NCBI GenBank assembly: GCA_041752595.1
Contig: JBGSWE010000002.1
Coordinates: 1-46,079, forward strand
Length of the DNA stretch: 46,079 bases
From: Candidatus Saccharimonadales bacterium
Lineage (GTDB): Bacteria; Patescibacteriota; Saccharimonadia; Saccharimonadales; JACDBH01
Direction: 5' to 3'
Part shown: in pieces, positions 38,501 through 46,079 of the stretch
Layout: each line of letters starts with the position of its first letter
Position numbering within the stretch: position 1 is the stretch's first letter
Notes under the pieces: generated by a model
The model's database searches: none
What the model saw: the letters and a program-made list of their open reading frames with translations, nothing else
What the model was told of the DNA's origin: nothing
Program-made: the position numbers and the translations under genes

Positions 38501-39124
38501 AGCGAACTTAAGTCAGAAATGGACGGTAAATCGGTTGTTATTGGTGGGGCAATTACAGATGCTAGAGAGATAACTACAAAAAATGGCCAAAAAATGGCCT
38601 TTGTTAAACTAGCAGATTTAAAAAATGACATTGAATTAATATTGTTCCCTAGTGTTTATCAACAAACACTAGGCATCTGGGAACGTGACAATGTTGTACT
38701 GGTTCGAGGTAAGTTAAATGGATTAGACCGTCAATCTGGCGAAGTAATGGTTGATATGAAAATACTTGTTGATGAAGCTAGAGAAATTACAGTTTCCCAA
38801 GCAGAAGCCTATCAATCAACCGGCAAAACTATTAAAATTCCTACAATTTCAAAATCTAGTAAAACTAAAAAATCTAGTAAAAGCGTATCTGAAAGCAAGC
38901 CAGTAAGGGTTTATATAAGACTTAATGATGGAAGTGATTCTTCTATGTTAGTTGATTTAAAATCTGTAATCGATAAGAACAGCGGACTAACGGAAGTTGT
39001 TCTGGTTCTTGGTCCGTCTGATAAGAAACAAATAATTAAACTACCAGGTGGGGTAGAAAATAGTGAGGAAGTTATTAAATTAATAGAAAATGTGGTTGGC
39101 GACTCTAAGGTTGTAGTTCAGTAG
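35501..39124 (+). CDS. dnaE: DNA polymerase III alpha subunit
   Basis: PHP domain (HLHNHSHYSLLDG, TDHG), GPGRGS, FERFLNPDR.SMPDFDID, FNKAH; start moved to ATG 35501. Confidence 0.97.
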   Translation: MAGKNLVLSPSDYVHLHNHSHYSLLDGLTKIPSLIEYVKTMEMKAVAVTDHGTMSGLIELYKEATQNDIKPILGMETYMSARTLSDKEANKDKQNFHLILLAMNNVGYQNLMHLSTIANLEGFYYKPRIDRETLLKFNEGLIVLSGCIGSEVGDALRQGQYDQAKEIAEWYKSVFGDRYYLEVQDHGHPKHPTVWQEQVGVNEQLFKLGKELEIPCVLTCDAHYLTHADQEAHEILLCVQTGSFLTDTNRMSLANMELHVTDPNELIDRWGEEHPEIITNSRKIADRCDVKLEVGKILIPKFPTPKKETEKSYLDYLTFNGLVSRYLGKASDSKDIEKLKQILPPEVVERAVYEMGVIDRMGFNGYFLIVQDFINWGKDRGIIFGPGRGSGASSIVAYALRITEIEPLKYDLLFERFLNPDRISMPDFDIDIQDSRRGEVIQYCIDKYGANRVASIVTFGKMAARNAVRDVARVLQVPYSEADRLAKMIPPPVQGRHILLSTSLIENPELKHENETNQQSARVFALATKLEGTIRSHGVHAAGVVIAPDEIVKFVPLEMAQKGIVATQYSMGPVEDLGLLKMDFLGLSNLTTIKNALRIIKKVYKKDIDINTVPLDDQETFELLQRGDTTGVFQLESSGMKRYLKELKPTEFSDIIAMGALYRPGPMAEIPRFIKGKHNPDEVQYLHESLEPILSDTYGVMVYQEQIIKLLQLVAGYTPGEADLVRKAIGKKKRDIMQAEEPKFIKGCIKQGLSKTEAETLWAQIQPFADYSFNKAHATCYGLISYQTAYLKAHYPSAFMAALMTSDYDDTDRLSIEISECKHVGIEVLPPDVNESFVEFAVVSKGDPLHDPIRFGMNAVKNVGTGAVEEILRAREEGHFDKLEDIFERVNPRTVNRKALESLVKAGAFDAFGDRNQLLGNIEVFLAFANRMQKEHAAGQVGLFGESHGALTPQIVMEKTVEIHSQQEQLKWERDLLGLYLSQHPLEAFQTYLTELAMPISELKSEMDGKSVVIGGAITDAREITTKNGQKMAFVKLADLKNDIELILFPSVYQQTLGIWERDNVVLVRGKLNGLDRQSGEVMVDMKILVDEAREITVSQAEAYQSTGKTIKIPTISKSSKTKKSSKSVSESKPVRVYIRLNDGSDSSMLVDLKSVIDKNSGLTEVVLVLGPSDKKQIIKLPGGVENSEEVIKLIENVVGDSKVVVQ

Positions 39125-39126
39125 AG

Positions 39127-40215
39127 TTATCGTACTACGCCACTTGATGACAATAAAACAAATCCTAAGTAGATAAACGCTAGCACTGTTAAATCAATGT
39201 GAATATGGTGAATGAAATAATTTTCTCCAGCTATAATGTATTTTTTGAGATGAATGCCCTTGTGTATCAACCAGAATACCCCTACTGCTAGTACAGATAT
39301 TGTTAATAGTCCAACGCTCAGGAACGTATTACCACCAGTTAGTAATTGAAGCCTCTGTGTTGTTGAAGGGCTAGCTACGATATTTGCTTCTGAAGTTACC
39401 AAAGTGGTATCAGAAATTTTTTCAATCGGTGCTGCAGCTACTGGTTCTTGAGATTCTACCGGAGTATCTACTTCGATTGTTGTAACGGGTTGAGCCTGGG
39501 AATTTTTAACAGCCTGGGAGTCTGAATTACCTGAAGGAGTAGTTGGTGCTGCAGATGGAGCTGGTGGCGCTACTGCATTCAAGGGTTTGCCATACATCGC
39601 AACAACAATTGTCTGCGGCCCAAAACACTGATTAGTGTTGGCGGTATTAACGTTAGAATCGTGATCACCTAAGTAACAATAATCACTAGTGTTGGCTATT
39701 CCAAAGCCAACTTCTGTAAATGTGCCATTGATAAGGTTTGCTTTATGTGGAGGACTATTCATCCATCCTAAAACAGTGCTGTCGCTCGTAAGATATCCGT
39801 AGGCAAGATTTTCACCAGCAGCCGAATATTGGTATCCCGCATTATTAAAAAATACCCAAGGCTCAAGTCCGTCTGGAGTATTGTGTGACCAATAGCCGCG
39901 CGTAGCCATGTCATTGGCCTTTGCTTGAGCTGCACTAATAAGTGAATTATTTGAAGTCAAACCACCAACACTGTTGTTAGATCTTTGTGCATTAGTACTG
40001 GAAAGTAATCCTGCTTGAGAGGTGTTTGTGGCATATGCGAGCACACTACGTGAACCTGGCAGGCTGGAGTGGGGCTGTAATGATAGAAAAGTTGCAAAAA
40101 CAGCTATAGCAATAGCTGGAATAAACTTAAAACCTTCGAGTTTAGATCTTTCTCTTTTTATGACACGACGGTTTCTAGGCGTTGATTTGGTTATAGTTTT
40201 TCTTTGTTTTTGCAT
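39127..40215 (-). CDS. CAP/SCP domain membrane protein
   Basis: AQAKANDM, YWSH, AGENLAYG, WMNSPPH; P/T-rich linker; C-terminal TMs. Confidence 0.88.
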   Translation of the reverse strand: MQKQRKTITKSTPRNRRVIKRERSKLEGFKFIPAIAIAVFATFLSLQPHSSLPGSRSVLAYATNTSQAGLLSSTNAQRSNNSVGGLTSNNSLISAAQAKANDMATRGYWSHNTPDGLEPWVFFNNAGYQYSAAGENLAYGYLTSDSTVLGWMNSPPHKANLINGTFTEVGFGIANTSDYCYLGDHDSNVNTANTNQCFGPQTIVVAMYGKPLNAVAPPAPSAAPTTPSGNSDSQAVKNSQAQPVTTIEVDTPVESQEPVAAAPIEKISDTTLVTSEANIVASPSTTQRLQLLTGGNTFLSVGLLTISVLAVGVFWLIHKGIHLKKYIIAGENYFIHHIHIDLTVLAFIYLGFVLLSSSGVVR

Positions 40216-40249
40216 ATTATACCGCTTAAGAATATTATAACAGATATGT

Positions 40250-40744
40250 TTAATCTGAGCGAAATTTTTGTAGTGCAATTGCAGCCGCAATTATTACATT
40301 AAATGACTCTTTTTTACCGTACATTGGAATGTGGATATGTGTATCAATCATGTTTAAAAATTTATCAGGTACGCCGCTTACTTCTTCGCCAAGTAATAGG
40401 GCAAGACTATCAGGAGTTTTATATTCTTTAAGTGGTATTGATATATCTGATTGCTCTAGGGCAATTACCGGAATATCCTTCGCAGCAAGAAGGGCTAATA
40501 GTTCGCTTAAGTCATCAAATTGCTCCCAATCTTGAAGTTTTTCGGCGCCCAAAGCGGTTTTACTTATTTGGTTGGTTAGTTTTTCTGATATGTGAGGCAA
40601 CCGATTATCTATATCTTTTTTGGGATAGGGTGTATAGCCAGTAAGGTAGACCTTTTTAACGCCTAAGCCCTCAGCTGTTCTGAGCAATGAACCAACATTA
40701 AAAGTGCTTCTCATATTGTGCGCAATGACATAAAGATCTTTCAT
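40250..40744 (-). CDS. TrmH/SpoU family RNA methyltransferase
   Basis: N.RS.FNVGS..R, LGEEVSG, IPMYG.KESFNV. Confidence 0.9.
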   Translation of the reverse strand: MKDLYVIAHNMRSTFNVGSLLRTAEGLGVKKVYLTGYTPYPKKDIDNRLPHISEKLTNQISKTALGAEKLQDWEQFDDLSELLALLAAKDIPVIALEQSDISIPLKEYKTPDSLALLLGEEVSGVPDKFLNMIDTHIHIPMYGKKESFNVIIAAAIALQKFRSD

Positions 40745-40819
40745 TATATTATCTTTACATCTGTTCGGGCATGAAGCAAGCTTTTAGACTTGGCTCGCTT
40801 ATGCTTTAATTAGATTAAT

Positions 40820-42424
40820 ATGCAATCAGCAAGAGTCGAGGAAGAGCAAAATACAAAGCGACGTGCCCAAATATTAGGGCTACAATATGTCGATACTTCG
40901 CAATCGCCCAACAAGCAGCTTTATCTTCAGTTCCTTTCTGTGCCAGAGCTTAGGTCGCTACGTGTAATACCTTTGTATAGCGAACAGTCAGTAGTTACGT
41001 TCGGAATTACTAACAACACCTCACAAAGCACAATGAAGAATTTACAAATGCAGTTTGCTGATTATAAAGTCAGCTACGTTTTAATTTCAGACACAAGCTT
41101 CGATGATTATATGAAATTATACGATCCACCCAAGCAAGTTGTATATCAAGATATAGAACTTAACACAGCAGGCACAGACGATCTTGTCTCTAGAGTTTCA
41201 AAAATGCTTCAAGAGATTAGGCCAGATGATATGTTGGCCTATCTTGTTGAGCAGGCCCATAATCTTAACGCAAGCGATATTCATATCGAAACACAAAGAG
41301 ACAATGTCAGGTTTAGATTTAGATTGGACGGAGTTCTTCATCCTATTGGTACTATTACCCATGATCGCTACCGGACTTTACTTGGACTAATTGCTAGTGC
41401 TGCAAACGTATCAAGTGCTGATCCTGATGCTCAACAGGGGCATATTTCCCAAGTAGTTAAGATGGCCGACGAACGAGAAGTACAAGTTAATGTTAGACTG
41501 GAGACCGTACCAACTGTTAATGGTACTGATGTGGTTATGCGTTTGTTTAACATGCAACAGGATAATTACAATCTGGATAGGTTGGGCCTGAACGAGCAAG
41601 AAAGACAATTAGTAGACGATATTATTGCAAAACCCAGTGGTTTGGTTTTGGTGGTCGGGCCAACCGGCTCGGGTAAAACTACTACACTTTATTCAATGCT
41701 AAATTCTCTTAACACTGAAAGCCGTAAGATAATTACCGTCGAAGACCCAGTAGAATACCAATTCGCAGGTATTATGCAAATACCAGTAGACACACATGCT
41801 GGGGGCAATGACGGTAGCTTTGCGTCAAAACTTCGTGCGGTTTTACGACTAGACCCAGATATTGTGATGGTCGGAGAGATTAGGGACATGGAGACAGCTA
41901 AAACAGCCCTACAAGCGTCATTAACTGGGCATTTAGTTCTTAGCACCTTTCACGCGTCGTCAGCTGCAGCAGCTCTTACGAGGATTGAGGACGTAGTTGG
42001 TCAGAACCCATTGTTTGTATCAGCTGTTAGGCTTGTAATGGCTCAGCGTTTGATTCGGCGTCTTGATGATGGACTCAAACAAGCCTATCAACCTACTGAT
42101 GCAGAAATAGCTAAAATTAATAGCGTTCTTGATACTTTACCACCCAATTATGAGCGACCTAATATTGATAATTTACAGCTGTTTCATCCCGGTTCTTCGC
42201 CGCAAAATCCCTATGGTTTTAATGGGCAGATAGCACTTCGCGAACAATTCACCATGACTCATACTATTCGTGAATTATTCGAGAACATGAACCACGCACT
42301 TTCGGCTCAGCAAATTGAAGAAGCGGCAGTTAAAGACGGAATGCTTACAATGCTTCATAAGGGAATACTTAAAACTATTGCCGGAGAGACTACACTCGAA
42401 GAGGTCTACAGAGTAGTTGGTTAG
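40820..42424 (+). CDS. GspE/PulE/PilB-family secretion/pilus ATPase
   Basis: ASDIHIE, RLDG, GPTGSGKTTT, EDPVEY, LR.DPDIVMVGEIRD, TGHLVLST.H. Confidence 0.93.
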   Translation: MQSARVEEEQNTKRRAQILGLQYVDTSQSPNKQLYLQFLSVPELRSLRVIPLYSEQSVVTFGITNNTSQSTMKNLQMQFADYKVSYVLISDTSFDDYMKLYDPPKQVVYQDIELNTAGTDDLVSRVSKMLQEIRPDDMLAYLVEQAHNLNASDIHIETQRDNVRFRFRLDGVLHPIGTITHDRYRTLLGLIASAANVSSADPDAQQGHISQVVKMADEREVQVNVRLETVPTVNGTDVVMRLFNMQQDNYNLDRLGLNEQERQLVDDIIAKPSGLVLVVGPTGSGKTTTLYSMLNSLNTESRKIITVEDPVEYQFAGIMQIPVDTHAGGNDGSFASKLRAVLRLDPDIVMVGEIRDMETAKTALQASLTGHLVLSTFHASSAAAALTRIEDVVGQNPLFVSAVRLVMAQRLIRRLDDGLKQAYQPTDAEIAKINSVLDTLPPNYERPNIDNLQLFHPGSSPQNPYGFNGQIALREQFTMTHTIRELFENMNHALSAQQIEEAAVKDGMLTMLHKGILKTIAGETTLEEVYRVVG

Positions 42425-42434
42425 CTAATTGCTT

Positions 42435-43568
42435 TTAAACAATAACCGAAGCAACTGACTTAACTAAGTCTGGATGCATTGGGCTTGGAATGATTTCTTC
42501 TGCAGTTGGATTAGGCACGAGTGACGCAATTATTTTAGCGGCTGCTAATTTATGCTCATCTGTAATTTTGTTGACTCTGTTATCAAGCGCGCCGCGGAAA
42601 ATCCCAGGGAAGGCAAGAGCATTATTAACTTGATTAGGATAGTCACTACGACCCGTGGCCACAACTACTGCCCCGGCCCCAATTGCGTTAGCTGGTAATA
42701 TTTCAGGCTCTGGGTTTGCCATTGCAAAGACAATTGGTCTATCGGCCATGTTCTGAACCATGCTGGTTGTAAGTATGCCGGCTTTTGATACACCTATAAA
42801 AATATCGGCACCCATAAGGGCATGTTCAAGAGTTCCGTCGATTTGATTAGGATTGGTGAAAATTAGTAAACCATGCTTTTCTTCGTTTAGATCTTTTCGA
42901 TGAATACTAATAATACCTTTGCTATCGACGGCTAAAATTTCGGCTTTTGTATACAGATTCAGCAGTTTAATAATTGCTGTGCCAGCGGCACCCGCACCAA
43001 CAACAACAATTCTAGTGTCGTCCAGATTCTTTTTGGCTACTTTTGCTGCGTTAATTAGCCCTGCAAGGGTTACAATTGCTGTACCGTGCTGATCATCGTG
43101 CATTATTGGCATATTTAGCTCTGCCTTAAGCCGTTCTTCTATTTCAAAACACTTTGGAGCAGCAATATCTTCGAGATTTATACCGCCAAAACTCGGAGCG
43201 ATTGCTTTTATTGTCGCTATAATTTCTTCAGTCTCGTGTACTCTTAGGATAATTGGCACTGCATCTATATTTGCAAAATGTTTAAATAGCATTGCTTTGC
43301 CTTCCATGACTGGCATTGCTCCATAAGGACCAATATCCCCAAGCCCTAAAACTGCAGAACCATCAGAAATAACCGCTACAAGGTTATTAGTCCACGAGTA
43401 ATCCCTGAGCTCTTCCGGGTGTTCGGCGGTATATTTAGCAACCGCACCCACGCCCGGGCTGTAATAGCTACTTAGCTTTTCTTTAGAATCAGGAACGTCT
43501 CTTAGCGAGATTTGTATCTTTCCCTTAAATTGCTTGTGTAGGTTTAGGGCTTGTTCGTAAATATCCAT
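42435..43568 (-). CDS. NAD(P)-dependent malic enzyme
   Basis: DGSAVLGLG, PVMEGKA, GGINLEDI, DDQHGTA, GAGAAG, ATGRSDYPNQVNN. Confidence 0.93.
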   Translation of the reverse strand: MDIYEQALNLHKQFKGKIQISLRDVPDSKEKLSSYYSPGVGAVAKYTAEHPEELRDYSWTNNLVAVISDGSAVLGLGDIGPYGAMPVMEGKAMLFKHFANIDAVPIILRVHETEEIIATIKAIAPSFGGINLEDIAAPKCFEIEERLKAELNMPIMHDDQHGTAIVTLAGLINAAKVAKKNLDDTRIVVVGAGAAGTAIIKLLNLYTKAEILAVDSKGIISIHRKDLNEEKHGLLIFTNPNQIDGTLEHALMGADIFIGVSKAGILTTSMVQNMADRPIVFAMANPEPEILPANAIGAGAVVVATGRSDYPNQVNNALAFPGIFRGALDNRVNKITDEHKLAAAKIIASLVPNPTAEEIIPSPMHPDLVKSVASVIV

Positions 43569-43659
43569 ATATATAAAATTGTACACTAGATTGCGCAAAC
43601 TAGTTTTATATTTTAGATATAGCTACCCATAACCAAGTTTATTAGCTCTACCCCTATGA

Positions 43660-43706
43660 CAGGGTCAGTCTTTGACCTGCTAAAACCTCTTCCAAGGTCA
43701 GACCTT
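43660..43706. repeat. short REP-like palindromes
   Basis: GGTCA-gtctt-TGACC (43663-43677) and AAGGTC-a-GACCTT (43694-43706). Confidence 0.4.
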
Positions 43707-43858
43707 TGCGGAGCGTTTCAATGCAAGATTTGTCAGTATGTTAATTGGGTAGTTTTGTCTAGCAATCTCTAGCGGTGGATAACTCATAAAAAATTAAAGA
43801 TTATGCAGGGGAAAAGTATAGTAGTTTTCTAACCATAATTGCTATACTAGTAAAGGCC

Positions 43859-46079
43859 ATGAGGTATAACACAAAAACTCTCGCAAAGAAGTTTTTAAGC
43901 AAGGGCCATAGCCTTGCTGTTCTTGTACTTCGTTTCCTTAAAAACCTTATACCTTCCTCCCGTGTCTTTAGAATTATCTACACATTAGTACTAGTCATAC
44001 TCTTTAGTGGTGTCTTAACTACCATTAGCTACATAATTAAAGATAAGTCCTACAACCTATCAGAACCAATCCTCTCAATCATAGACTCAAGCTCCGTAGA
44101 CAAACAACTCATTAAAGATGAGCAAGATACCATTACCTACAATAGAGCCGATGAAGACTCCCCCAAAGAACTCCAACAAGTCTTATCTGCTGCCGCCAGC
44201 AAACAAGACTCTACTGGTGACAAACCCTACCAAGCCACTCTACATAAAGACACTAAGAAGGGTATTACATTCTCTGACAACACAGGCGACAAAAGCTTTA
44301 CCCTCACCCCCCGCTTTAATACCAACTCACCAAGACTAGATGACGGTAGAGTCATCTACCCAGACGGCTCTAACGAAAAACATATCTACTCATTCAAAAC
44401 CAACGGTATTAAAAGTGACATAGTATTGAACCAACTACCAAATGACATTACTAAAGATAATAACGGTACCAAACAGTACATATGGGATCTAAACCTAAGC
44501 AGCGACCTAGAAGCTAAAATGCTACCAGACGGAGGAGTAGGTATCTACGGCCCAGACCTAAGTATCCTTAACAATGCAACTGCAGGTGATGACAAAAGCA
44601 AAGAATTACTAGACAAAGCCAAACAAAACGCTGGCAGCACAGCTGACAAAAGCCTCTTAGTCTTTGAATTACCCAAACCATTCATAGTTAGTTCTAACAA
44701 AGACAAAAACTACGATGATGTTAACTACTCCCTAGACAGTACCAATAAAGTACTTACTCTAACTACCCGTAACCTAAACAACCAACCCTACCCAATATCC
44801 ATAGACCCAACCATAACAGTCACTACCACCAGTGACTTCAACCAAAAGACAGGTGATACAGGCAACATAGACAGCTCTACTGCAGATGAGATACGACGAG
44901 GGAATATTGGGAGTGGGGCGGTGGGGGGGTGGACTAGTACCACGAGTTTTACTACGGGACGCGGTGATCACACCACTGTTGCATACAACGGTTATTTGTA
45001 TATTCTCGGAGGTAACGATTTCAGTAGCATATATAACACCGTTCAATACGCCCCCATAAACGCCAACGGTACCATCGGCTCTTGGACCGCCACCACCAGT
45101 TTTACCACTACCAGAAATAACCACACCACAGTTGCCCACAATGGCTATATATATGTAATTGGTGGGTATAATGGTGGTGTTTTTTTAAACGACGTTCAAT
45201 ACGCCCCCATAAACGCCAACGGTACCATCGGCTCTTGGACCGCCACCACCAGTTTTACCACTACCAGAAATAACCACACTTCTGTCGCTTACAACGGCTA
45301 CCTATATGTTGTTGGTGGCTTTAGAGGCACCTATTTAAACGACGTCGAATACGCCCCCATAAACGCCAACGGTACCATCGGCTCTTGGACCGCTACCACC
45401 AGTTTTACAAATTCACGTCAAGGACACACCTCCGTCGCTTACAACGGTTATATGTATATAATTGGAGGTAACAACTTATTTACTGATTATTCTGACATCC
45501 AATACGCCCCCATAAACGCCAACGGTACCATCGGCTCTTGGACCGCCACCACCAGTTTTACTGGCGTACGTGCGGAACACACATCTGTTGTGTCTGGCGG
45601 CTACTTATATGTTATAGGCGGATATTTTAATGGTAGTGGTACCGTGTATAACGACGTTCAGTACGCACCCATAAATGCTAATGGCACAACCGGTACATGG
45701 TCTACTTCCACTAGCTTTACTACGGCTCGACGTACACAAACATCAGTTGTGTACAATGGTTTTCTTTATGTTGCAGGCGGCAGGAACGCTTCCAATACCA
45801 GATATAACGACGTCCAATACACTCCAATCGGGCAGGGCAGAGCCAGCACCTGGACCGCTACCACCAGCTTTACCACCGGCCGAAATAACCACACATCAGT
45901 TGCATACAACGGCTATTTATATGTAATGGGTGGAGTAGGGTCTGGAGGTTTTTACCTATCGGATGTCCAATACGCCCCCATAAACGCCAACGGCACTATA
46001 GGCACTTGGACGGCCACCACCAGCTTCACCACCACCAGAGGTAGCCACACCTCTATCGCCTACAATGGCTACCTGTATG
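43859..46079 (+). CDS. large membrane-anchored Kelch-repeat surface protein (runs off the window end; not in ORF track)
   Basis: Open frame from ATG 43859 (10 nt after TATACT) to the window end; N-terminal TM; GIKSDIVL and YPISIDPT motifs; at least 8 repeats W..TTSF...R..HT.V.YNGY.Y..GG. Confidence 0.9.
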   Translation, partial: MRYNTKTLAKKFLSKGHSLAVLVLRFLKNLIPSSRVFRIIYTLVLVILFSGVLTTISYIIKDKSYNLSEPILSIIDSSSVDKQLIKDEQDTITYNRADEDSPKELQQVLSAAASKQDSTGDKPYQATLHKDTKKGITFSDNTGDKSFTLTPRFNTNSPRLDDGRVIYPDGSNEKHIYSFKTNGIKSDIVLNQLPNDITKDNNGTKQYIWDLNLSSDLEAKMLPDGGVGIYGPDLSILNNATAGDDKSKELLDKAKQNAGSTADKSLLVFELPKPFIVSSNKDKNYDDVNYSLDSTNKVLTLTTRNLNNQPYPISIDPTITVTTTSDFNQKTGDTGNIDSSTADEIRRGNIGSGAVGGWTSTTSFTTGRGDHTTVAYNGYLYILGGNDFSSIYNTVQYAPINANGTIGSWTATTSFTTTRNNHTTVAHNGYIYVIGGYNGGVFLNDVQYAPINANGTIGSWTATTSFTTTRNNHTSVAYNGYLYVVGGFRGTYLNDVEYAPINANGTIGSWTATTSFTNSRQGHTSVAYNGYMYIIGGNNLFTDYSDIQYAPINANGTIGSWTATTSFTGVRAEHTSVVSGGYLYVIGGYFNGSGTVYNDVQYAPINANGTTGTWSTSTSFTTARRTQTSVVYNGFLYVAGGRNASNTRYNDVQYTPIGQGRASTWTATTSFTTGRNNHTSVAYNGYLYVMGGVGSGGFYLSDVQYAPINANGTIGTWTATTSFTTTRGSHTSIAYNGYLY
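45040..45561 (+). repeat. coding tandem repeat with near-identical 61-bp cores
   Basis: Cores start at 45045, 45198, 45348 and 45501 (period 150-153); 45040-45126 and 45193-45279 are identical over 87 bp. Confidence 0.95.

Noticed and set aside
35501-39124. Intein in DnaE
   Set aside because: Normal length, with no evident insertion or splice-junction motifs
45040-45561. CRISPR array (regular repeats with variable spacers)
   Set aside because: Cores are 61-87 bp, periods are multiples of 3, all lie in an open Kelch reading frame, and there are no cas genes
44118-45926. Track ORFs 44118-44339, 44774-45139 and 45675-45926
   Set aside because: Alternative-frame or antisense shadows of the long ORF starting at 43859
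1-46079. tRNA/rRNA genes and the remaining short overlapping ORFs in the track
   Set aside because: No cloverleaf or rRNA-like sequence seen in the intergenic gaps; the short ORFs lie within or opposite well-supported genes

Overview
Gene-dense, AT-rich bacterial chromosome segment. Gene style suggests Patescibacteria/CPR, probably Saccharibacteria (inference: split transketolase cluster with class II Fba and a PfkB kinase, CAP protein, Kelch surface protein, many near-leaderless genes). Most of it is housekeeping: rmuC, yajQ, pheS/pheT, trxB, ppa, gap-rpiB-rpe-tkt-fba, uvrB, gatCAB, galU, dnaE, a PilB/GspE ATPase and malic enzyme. Two regions stand out. (1) A ~700-nt intergenic stretch (11104-11808) folds by eye into a nested multi-branched structure of more than 12 helices, with its 5' and 3' ends paired and a promoter directly upstream. 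It is a candidate large ncRNA that I cannot assign to a known class. (2) A self-contained minus-strand unit (~4388 to 2705) has its own promoter and terminator and 12-bp complementary transcript ends. It carries three small single-TM peptides (two missing from the ORF track), joined by 36-bp stop-SD-start repeats, ahead of a lipoprotein Zn-metallopeptidase. The window ends inside a large Kelch-repeat surface protein that is also missing from the ORF track. All calls come from reading motifs by eye; no searches or folding programs were run.
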